This document shows, one piece after another, positions 7,475 through 13,852 of a stretch of DNA of 24,000 nucleotides. Source of the DNA: Actinomycetospora straminea (lineage in GTDB: Bacteria > Actinomycetota > Actinomycetes > Mycobacteriales > Pseudonocardiaceae); NCBI RefSeq assembly GCF_028737255.1, contig NZ_JAQZAN010000026.1, forward strand, positions 24,301 to 48,300, read 5' to 3'. Each line of letters opens with the position of its first letter. Position 1 is the first letter of the stretch. A program made the translations under genes and the position numbers. A model generated the notes under the pieces. The model was not told the DNA's origin. It worked only from the letters and a program-made list of their open reading frames with translations, and searched no databases.

Positions 7475-7786
7475 TCAGCCGAGTGCGCTGACCAGCGCCT
7501 CGCGCTGGCGCGAGCCGAGGCCGGCGACGCGCCGGTCCTCGGGGATGCCGGCCTGCTCGAGCACGGCGGCCGCCTTGGCGGGGCCGTAGCCGGGCAGGGC
7601 CCGGACGAGCTGCGACACCTTGGTCTTGCCGGCGATCGGGTCGCTCTTGCCGCGGTCGAGGACCGCGGGGATCGTCTCGTCGCCGCTCTTGATGCCGGCC
7701 AGGAGGGCCGAGCGGGCCTGGCGAGCCTCACGCGACTTGGCCTGGGCGGCCTCGCGCTGCTCGGGGGTCAGGGTCGGGAGGGCCAT
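7475..7786 (-). CDS. mihF: Actinobacterial integration host factor mIHF
   Basis: MALPTLTPEQREAAQAKSREARQARSALLAGIKSGDETIPAVLDRG...KVSQLVRALPGYGPAKAAAVLEQAGIPEDRRVAGLGSRQREALVSALG is colinear with mycobacterial and streptomycete mIHF/sIHF (MALPQLTDEQR...GLGxRQRxAL). ATG at 7786 is preceded by GAGAGGGGAGA. The track ORF extends spuriously to 8035. Confidence 0.85.
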   Translation of the reverse strand: MALPTLTPEQREAAQAKSREARQARSALLAGIKSGDETIPAVLDRGKSDPIAGKTKVSQLVRALPGYGPAKAAAVLEQAGIPEDRRVAGLGSRQREALVSALG

Positions 7787-8099
7787 CGCGGTGTCTCCCC
7801 TCTCTGTGGTGCGGGGTCGTCGCGGCAGGACCGCGACGTCGGTCGGACCGGTCGCACAGACGGTCACACGGACGGTCGGTCGACACCGCACGCCACGCCG
7901 CGACGGCTGCCGCGATCCGGACGCCCGGGCCGATGGTTGCGGGACGGTACACCAGCTCGCCGAGCACCCCGCCCCTGACCTGGGCGGATCAGCGAGCGAC
8001 CGCCACCGGTGACCGCGCGGCGGGCGCGCGATCACCCACCCGCGCCTCCCCCTTCCCGCGCGTGATCGCCCGGTCCCCCACCGGGCGAGGGGGCTGCGC

Positions 8100-8732
8100 T
8101 CAGCGACGGGGACGTGACGCCCGGTACACGATCGCCGGCGGCAGGTTCCGCCACACCACCGGCGACGTCTCGACGTCCGCGAAGCAGTCGCCGAGCTCCT
8201 CGCGCAGCGCCCGTGCCGGGGCCGCCCACGCGGTGGCGCAGTACGCGAACTGCACGAACACCCCGTCGTCGGTCAGGGCGCGGGCGACGACGGGCAGCAG
8301 GGAGTCCTCCCGGCCCGGCCGCGTCGCCGACCACCCCAGGCCGCTGACCACGGCGTGCGCGCCCCGGATGTCCCGCAGCGCCAGGAGCGCGCCCAGCTCG
8401 GCGACGTCCGCGGGCACGACCTCGACGCCGCCGAAGCGCTCGGCGAGACGGTGCGCGAGCACCGGGTTGATCTCGACGGCGAGCTGGCGACCCCGCCCGG
8501 CGAGGCGCTGGGTGAGCAGGCCGGTGAACGCCCCGCTGCCGGCCCCGAGCTCGACGACCACCGGGTCGGCGGGCGCGGTGCGCAGCGCCGCGTCGGCCAT
8601 GCCGCGGGCGAGGGCGGTGCTGCTCGGCCACACCGACGCCGTCGCGACGGGGGCGCGGACGAACTGCGCGGCGAACACCGCGCGGTCGGCGAGCGACGCC
8701 TCGCGGGGCGCGGGGGTGTCCTCAGGCGACAT
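8100..8732 (-). CDS. Small class I SAM-dependent methyltransferase resembling phospholipid N-methyltransferases (COG3963-like)
   Basis: FAAQFVRAPVATASVWPSSTALARGMA followed by VVELGAGSGAFTGLL (SAM motif I) matches my memory of the N-terminal signature of the small phospholipid N-methyltransferase/rRNA-dimethylase-like family. ATG at 8732 lies 8 nt upstream of the preceding gene's stop, giving an 11-nt overlap. Confidence 0.7.
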   Translation of the reverse strand: MSPEDTPAPREASLADRAVFAAQFVRAPVATASVWPSSTALARGMADAALRTAPADPVVVELGAGSGAFTGLLTQRLAGRGRQLAVEINPVLAHRLAERFGGVEVVPADVAELGALLALRDIRGAHAVVSGLGWSATRPGREDSLLPVVARALTDDGVFVQFAYCATAWAAPARALREELGDCFADVETSPVVWRNLPPAIVYRASRPRR

Positions 8733-9648
8733 GCTCGAGCTCCGGGGTCGTGGGGAGCGGGGTCGGCGCGCGCCGGGCCGCCGGGTGCCCGAGGGGGTCG
8801 GGCGGCAGCACCGCGGCGACGGCGTCGGCGCAACCGCGCGCGAGGGCGCGGCGCGCGTCGGCGCGGGCGCGGCCGGCGGGCAGGGTGGTCGTGTCGACGA
8901 TCGCGCAGGTGGTGACGTCGACGACGACGTCCGGGACGGCCAGCACGCGGAGCAGGGACGCGGCGAGGGTGTCGTCGCCGATGAAGGCGGCGGTGGCGTC
9001 GACGCCGCGGCCGTCGCCGGTGAGGCGCCCGTAGCGCACCGCCACCGGCACGACCGGGGCGCCGGCCTCGTACGCGGCCTGGAAGGCGGCCGGCCGGAAC
9101 GGGCCGAGGTCACGTCCGCAGCGGGTGGTGCCCTCGGCGAACACGCCGACGGGGGTGCCGGCCCGCAGGGCGTCGGCGAGGCCCGCGACCGCACCGGGCA
9201 GGTCGCGCAGCCGGTCGCGGTCGAGGAAGACCGTGCCGGCGCGGGCGGCCATGATCCCGAGCACCGGCCACTGCCGGACCTCGGTCTTCGCGAGCATCCG
9301 CACGGGGGCCACGGCGTGCAGCGCGAAGACGTCGAGCCAGGAGACGTGGTTGGCGACGACGAGCGCGCCGGGCGGCACGGGTGGGATCGCCGGCCCCCGG
9401 TGGCGCACGTGCACCCCGCAGGCCGACAGCACCGCGGCCGCCCAGACGCGCTGGACGGCCGCCGTCACCGACGGACCGAGCAGCGGCCCCACGAGCGCCG
9501 CGACGAGGCCCACGAGCAGCACCACGAGGAGCGCCGAGCCCCGCACGACCAGGCGGATCGCCCGCCGCACGCGGGCCGCCCGGCTCCCGGGCGGGACCAC
9601 CGGCAGGCAGCCCGGACCGCACGGCGACGTCGGTGACCAGGCGTTCAC
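8722..9648 (-). CDS. olsA: PlsC-family lysolipid O-acyltransferase (OlsA-like)
   Basis: The acyltransferase motifs are NHVSWLDV (HX4D) and FAEGTT. An N-terminal TM segment is present (LLVVLLVGLVAALVGPLLG). GTG at 9648 overlaps the upstream stop as GTGA. The symbol is based on pairing with the OlsB-like gene, not on biochemistry. Confidence 0.8.
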   Translation of the reverse strand: MNAWSPTSPCGPGCLPVVPPGSRAARVRRAIRLVVRGSALLVVLLVGLVAALVGPLLGPSVTAAVQRVWAAAVLSACGVHVRHRGPAIPPVPPGALVVANHVSWLDVFALHAVAPVRMLAKTEVRQWPVLGIMAARAGTVFLDRDRLRDLPGAVAGLADALRAGTPVGVFAEGTTRCGRDLGPFRPAAFQAAYEAGAPVVPVAVRYGRLTGDGRGVDATAAFIGDDTLAASLLRVLAVPDVVVDVTTCAIVDTTTLPAGRARADARRALARGCADAVAAVLPPDPLGHPAARRAPTPLPTTPELEHVA

Positions 9649-10556
9649 CCGGCCTCCCCGAAGAGGTAGCGGCGCCACCGCGGGTCGATGGCGGTGTGGT
9701 CGAGCAGCACGAACAGGTCGGCGACGCCGAAGTCGGGGTCGAGGGCCGGCGCGCCGCCGATCTCGGCGCCGAGGCGCAGGTAGCCGCGCAGCAGCGGCGG
9801 CAGGCCGGCGACGGCGGCCCTGCGGGCACCGGGCGCCTCGGGGTCGTGGTCGGCGATCGGGGCCTCGCGCCACGGGCGCACCCGCCGTGCGGCCGGGGCG
9901 AGGTGCTGGGAGGCGACGAGCGACCAGACGCCGCCGGGCATCGCGCCCGCCGGGGTGAGCGGCACGCTCGCGCACCCGACGACCCACCGGTGCCCGGTCA
10001 GCACCATGTAGCGGCCGATCCCGGCCCAGACCAGCGAGAGCACGACGCCGTGGCGGTGGGCGGGGTGCACGCAGGAGCGCCCGACCTCGACGATCTCGTC
10101 GCGCAGCGGCGCGAGCGCGGTGAGGTCGAACTCGGTGTCGGAGTAGAGGCTGCCGGCCGCGCGGGCCCCGTCCGGCGTGAGCATCCGGTAGGTGCCGACG
10201 ATCTCGCCGGTCGCGTCCTCGCGGACGACGAGGTGGTCGCAGTGGGCGTCGAAGGCGTCGGCGTCGCGGCCCTCGGCGGCCGCGGTCAGCGCGACCGTGT
10301 CGTCGGCGGCGGGACGGGCCCCCTGCTCGACGGCGAACACCGCGTGGCGCAGCCGCTGCGCGGCGGCGACGTGGGTGGGCTCGCGCGTGAGCAGCAGGCT
10401 GTAGCGACCGGCGGCGTCGGACGCGGCGTCGCCGGCCGTGTCCGCCCCGACGACGACCGGGGCGGGCCCGGTGGGCGGCGCGGGCTCCGCCGCGCGCTCG
10501 TCCTGGGTCTCGGGAGCGGGTCCGACCGACCGCGCCAGCACCTGGGATGTGGCCAT
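9645..10556 (-). CDS. olsB: OlsB-like GNAT N-acyltransferase (N-acyl amino acid / lyso-ornithine-lipid synthase family)
   Basis: RYSLLLTREPTHVAAAQRLRHAVFAVEQGA...GTYRMLTP...YSDTEFDL...VEVGRSCVHPAHR...PPLLRGYLRLGAEIGGAPALDPDFGVADLFVLLD matches the OlsB/hemolysin-like Acetyltransf_5 pattern. ATG at 10556 has no strong SD. An N-terminal Ala/Pro extension of about 50 aa makes the exact start uncertain. Confidence 0.75.
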   Translation of the reverse strand: MATSQVLARSVGPAPETQDERAAEPAPPTGPAPVVVGADTAGDAASDAAGRYSLLLTREPTHVAAAQRLRHAVFAVEQGARPAADDTVALTAAAEGRDADAFDAHCDHLVVREDATGEIVGTYRMLTPDGARAAGSLYSDTEFDLTALAPLRDEIVEVGRSCVHPAHRHGVVLSLVWAGIGRYMVLTGHRWVVGCASVPLTPAGAMPGGVWSLVASQHLAPAARRVRPWREAPIADHDPEAPGARRAAVAGLPPLLRGYLRLGAEIGGAPALDPDFGVADLFVLLDHTAIDPRWRRYLFGEAG

Positions 10557-10607
10557 GGCCCGGTGTCTACGGTCCGAGATCGCCCGGGGGCCCACCCCGG
10601 CGTGACC

Positions 10608-10629
10608 GTCGAGTGTGGTCCCGGTGAAC
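10608..10629 (-). promoter_or_regulatory. PHO-box-like direct repeat units upstream of olsB-like gene
   Basis: The minus strand reads GTTCACCGGGA-CCACACTCGAC. The first 11-mer fits my recollection of the PhoP unit G(G/T)TCAYYYR(G/C)G at 9 of 11 positions, and the second is weak. It starts 73 nt upstream of the ATG at 10556. Confidence 0.2.
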
Positions 10630-10650
10630 TCGCATGTGCGCTCCGAGCAG

Positions 10651-10690
10651 GTGAGCAGAAAGGCGTGCTCCAGCACTCTTTTCTGCTCAC
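10651..10690 (-). terminator. Low-GC 11-bp-stem hairpin between the GT4 gene and the olsB-like gene (terminator or attenuator/operator)
   Basis: GTGAGCAGAAA-ggcGTGCtccaGCACtct-TTTCTGCTCAC has 11-bp perfect outer arms plus a 4-bp inner stem. It lies 16 nt past the GT4 stop at 10707. No U tract follows on the minus strand. Confidence 0.4.
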
Positions 10691-10706
10691 GAGCCCGCAG
10701 GGCACC

Positions 10707-11864
10707 TCAGGCCGCCGGCGTGGCCACCGGCGTGCCCTCCTCGGTCCGGTCGCCGGTCATGACCGCGGTGTAGTGCCCGAGCAGCTCCTCGCAGATCGAG
10801 GGCCAGGTCCGGCCGAGCACGCGGCGGCGGCCGGCCGCGCCGAAGGCCGCGCGCGCGTCGGGGTCGTCGCGCCACGCCGCGACCCGCCCGACGATCTCGG
10901 CGCCGGCGGTGGGCGAGGTGGGGTCGTAGAGCCAGCCGGTGCGGCCCGGCTCGACGAGGTCGGCGACGCCGCCCGCGTCCGGCGCGAGCACCGGCAGCCC
11001 GGAGGCCTGGGCCTCCTGGACGGCCTGGCAGAAGGTCTCGTGCGGGCCGGTGTGCACGAAGGCGTCGAACGAGGCGTAGGCGCGGGCGAGCTCGGTGCCG
11101 CCGCGGAAGCCCAGGAAGTGCGCCGACGGCAGCAGCTCGCCGAGACGGTGGCGCGAGGGCCCGTCACCGACGACGACCACCCGCACGCCCGGCAGCCCCT
11201 CGAGCGCGGCGAGGCGTTCGACCTGCTTCTCCGGCGCGAGCCGCCCCACGTACCCGACGAGCACCTCGCCGCCGGGCGCGAGCTCGGCGCGCAGGGCGTC
11301 GTCGCGGCGCCCGGGGTGGAAGCGGGCGGTGTCGACCCCGCGCCCCCAGCGGTGCACGCGCGGCACACCGTGGGCGCGCAGCGTGTCGACCGCCCACCGC
11401 GACGGCGCGAGCGTGCGCGAGGCCCCGCCGTGCAGCCGGCGGATCCAGCGCCAGGCGGCCCGCGCGGTCAGCCCGATGCCGTACGACGCGGCGAACCCGG
11501 CGACGTCGGTCTGGTAGACGGCGATCGCGGGCACGCCCATCCGCCGGGCCACGGTCAGCGCCCGCGCGCCCAGGACGAACGGGGACGCGAGGTGCACGAC
11601 GTCGGGCCGGTACTCCTCCAGCGCCGCGCGGACCGCCGGCGTCGGCACCCCGATCGGCAGCGAGTCGACGACCGGCAGGTCGACCGACGGCACCCGCACC
11701 ACCGGCACGTGCGGGGCGCCGGGCACCTCGTCCGGGCCGGCCCCGGGCGCGATGACCATCGCGGAGTGGCCACGGCGCTGCAGGTGGGCGACGACCTGGA
11801 GCACGGAGTTGGTGACGCCGTTGACGGCGGGGAGGAACGACTCGGTCACGACGGCGACGCGCAC
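10707..11864 (-). CDS. GT4-family glycosyltransferase (MgtA/PimB-like lipid mannosyltransferase type)
   Basis: RVAVVTESFLPAVNGVTNSVLQVVAHLQRRGH closely resembles the N-terminus of the mycobacterial/corynebacterial MgtA/PimB-type enzymes. The C-terminal motif reads HTGPHETFCQAVQEAQASGLPVLAPDAGG (EX7E-type). I prefer the GTG start at 11864. The track start at 11927 adds an Arg-rich extension. Confidence 0.85.
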   Translation of the reverse strand: MRVAVVTESFLPAVNGVTNSVLQVVAHLQRRGHSAMVIAPGAGPDEVPGAPHVPVVRVPSVDLPVVDSLPIGVPTPAVRAALEEYRPDVVHLASPFVLGARALTVARRMGVPAIAVYQTDVAGFAASYGIGLTARAAWRWIRRLHGGASRTLAPSRWAVDTLRAHGVPRVHRWGRGVDTARFHPGRRDDALRAELAPGGEVLVGYVGRLAPEKQVERLAALEGLPGVRVVVVGDGPSRHRLGELLPSAHFLGFRGGTELARAYASFDAFVHTGPHETFCQAVQEAQASGLPVLAPDAGGVADLVEPGRTGWLYDPTSPTAGAEIVGRVAAWRDDPDARAAFGAAGRRRVLGRTWPSICEELLGHYTAVMTGDRTEEGTPVATPAA

Positions 11865-12124
11865 GACCGCACCGTGGCCGCCCCAGGGCCACGAGGGCCG
11901 ACGACGACGTGTCCCTCGTCCTAACACCGACCCAACACTGTGGTCGCCGCCGGCCCGGGCCCCGGCGCACGGTTCCTCGCCGACGAGATCGTGGTCACCG
12001 ACGGTCAGACCGGACCCGGAGGATCTCGAGTCGCCCGGCGTGTCGCGCCGGCGGACCCCGGCGTGTCGACCACGGTCGGTCGATCTGCGTGCGAACGCTG
12101 CGCGTGTCGGGCGATCCTGTCGTG

Positions 12125-12130
12125 TTGACA
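12125..12130 (+). promoter_or_regulatory. Candidate -35 hexamer TTGACA upstream of the DUF574 methyltransferase gene
   Basis: A perfect TTGACA lies about 100 nt upstream of the GTG at 12233. Only weak -10 candidates (GGCTAC/GCTACT) occur at 17-18 nt spacing. Confidence 0.2.
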
Positions 12131-12232
12131 GGGTCGGTGGCGCTGTCGGCTACTGGACACCGACGCCACCGAGCGGCGACGACGACGCGTGTCCGCGAAG
12201 CGGCGCGCGGCCCGACGACGAGGAGGAGGACC

Positions 12233-13069
12233 GTGGTCGACGCCCCCTCCCATCCGTGGTCGTCGGGAGTGCCGGGCCCCGCCGACTTCGACCGCCCCAG
12301 CTCCGCGCGCGTCTACGACTTCCTCCTCGGCGGCACGTCCCACGGCGCCGTCGACCGCGTCCTCGGCCGGGACCTGCTGCGCGCCGAGCCGCTCGTCGAG
12401 TCGATCGCGCGCGAGAACCGCTCGTTCCTGCGCCGCGCGGTCACCTTCCTCGCGCACGCCGGCATCGACCAGTTCCTCGACCTCGGCTCGGGCATCCCGA
12501 CGATGGGCAACACGCACGAGGTCGCCCGCCGGGTCCGGCCGGACGCGCGGGTCGCGTACGTCGACATCGACCCGGTCGCCGTCGCCCACGGCGAACTGCT
12601 GCTGGGTCCGGGCAGCCAGGGCATCACGGCGACGCACGCCGACCTGCGCCACCCCGAGGCCGTGCTCGCCGCGCCCGCGGTCACCCAGGTGCTCGACCTC
12701 GACCGGCCCGTCGCCGTGCTCATGTTCTCGGTGCTCCAGCACGTGCCCGACGCCGACGACCCGGCCGGCGTGGTCCGGGGCTACCTCTCGCGCGTCGTGC
12801 CCGGCAGCGCGCTCGCCGTGTCCCACTTCTCCGGCGACGACCCGCGCATCGACAGCGAGGCGATCCGCCGCCTCACCCGCGCCTACGCGGGCGGCACGGC
12901 GACGCCGCGCTCGGGCGCCGACCTCGCCGCGATCATCGGCGACGTCGAGCTCGTCGAGCCCGGGCTGGTCTACGCCGCGCAGTGGCGCCCGGAGGCCGGG
13001 CGGCACCAGGGCCCCCTCGACACCGCGTGCTGCGGGCACCGCGCGGCCGTGGGGTTCGTGCGGGGCTGA
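12233..13069 (+). CDS. SAM-dependent methyltransferase, DUF574/Methyltransf_19 family
   Basis: SSARVYDFLLGGTSHGAVDR...ENRSFLRRAVTFLAHAGIDQFLDLGSGIPTMGNTHEVARRV...VAYVDIDPVAVAHG...ADLRHPEAVL...LDLDRPVAVLMFSVLQHVPD is colinear with this actinobacterial family. GTG at 12233 directly follows AGGAGGAGGA (12221-12230). Confidence 0.8.
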   Translation: MVDAPSHPWSSGVPGPADFDRPSSARVYDFLLGGTSHGAVDRVLGRDLLRAEPLVESIARENRSFLRRAVTFLAHAGIDQFLDLGSGIPTMGNTHEVARRVRPDARVAYVDIDPVAVAHGELLLGPGSQGITATHADLRHPEAVLAAPAVTQVLDLDRPVAVLMFSVLQHVPDADDPAGVVRGYLSRVVPGSALAVSHFSGDDPRIDSEAIRRLTRAYAGGTATPRSGADLAAIIGDVELVEPGLVYAAQWRPEAGRHQGPLDTACCGHRAAVGFVRG

Positions 13070-13395
13070 TCGGCCCCCGGGCCCCTCGGCACGCGGACCG
13101 CTCACCTCGACCCCCGGCGGCCTGGTCGCACCGAACGGAGCAGCTCTGGACGCCCCTCACTACTCCGTTCGCCGCCCGACGCCCTCGGGCGACCACTCAC
13201 CGCGACACCAGCGCGTTCGCCGGTCACGGCTCGTCACGAAAGGTCTCGGTTCGGTTACGGTCCCTGACAGCGCCGTCCCGCTCCCCAGCACGACCCGGGC
13301 GGCGGACGGGGCCGCCCGGCGGGGTCCCACCCCGCCCCCGCGCCCGCCCACCTGGACGACATCCGAGACGAACCCCCGAACGAATCGGAGCCCCG

Positions 13396-13779
13396 ATGTC
13401 TGGTCGCCACGCCATGCCCACCGCCCCCTCCCGCCCCCTGCTGCGCGCCGGCGTCGTCGCCGCGGCCGCGGTCACCGGCCCGCTCGCCATCAGCGGCACC
13501 GCGATGGCCGCGCCGTCGGTCTCCCCCGACTCCAACGCCACCTGGGACCGCCTCGCCATGTGCGAGAGCACCCAGAACTGGGAGGCCGACACCGGCAACG
13601 GCTTCAAGGGCGGCCTGCAGTTCACCGAGTCCACCTGGGAGGAGTTCGGCGGCGAGCGCTTCGCCTCCTCCCCCGACCAGGCCAGCCGCGAGGAGCAAAT
13701 CCGCGTGGCCAAGAAGGTCCAGGACGAGCAGGGCTGGAACGCCTGGCCCACCTGCTCGGAGAAGCTCGGACTGCAGTAG
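13396..13779 (+). CDS. rpf: Resuscitation-promoting factor (Rpf transglycosylase-like domain), secreted, domain-only form
   Basis: WDRLAMCESTQNWEADTGNGFKGGLQFTESTWEEFGG...ASREEQIRVAKKVQDEQGWNAWPTCSEKLGL matches the Rpf domain, including the catalytic CES Glu and both Cys residues. The signal peptide is ...AAAAVTGPLAISGTAMA/AP. ATG at 13396 has GGAG 5 nt upstream. Confidence 0.9.
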   Translation: MSGRHAMPTAPSRPLLRAGVVAAAAVTGPLAISGTAMAAPSVSPDSNATWDRLAMCESTQNWEADTGNGFKGGLQFTESTWEEFGGERFASSPDQASREEQIRVAKKVQDEQGWNAWPTCSEKLGLQ

Positions 13780-13852
13780 GACGTGCACGCCTGGCGTCCA
13801 CGCTGGCACCGGACGTCAGGAAATCCCCCCGCTCGCCGCCACCGCTGCCACG

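Noticed and set aside
8075-8093. CCCCC-N9-GGGGG hairpin just after the methyltransferase stop, considered as the operon terminator
   Set aside because: The stem is only 5 bp, the loop is 9 nt, and there is no U tract. That is too weak to call.
9643-9653. GTTCACCCGGC, a near-perfect PHO-box unit, at the olsB/olsA junction
   Set aside because: It is a single unit without an adjacent repeat, it lies on the opposite strand inside coding sequence, and it coincides with the GTGA start/stop overlap. It is most likely fortuitous.
11940-12128. 62-aa ORF ending ...SACERCACRAILSC in the GT4/methyltransferase intergenic region
   Set aside because: Coding bias decays through the ORF, there is no SD, and no homology was recognised. 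The Cys richness is most simply explained by TGC/TGT triplets in a lower-GC non-coding patch.
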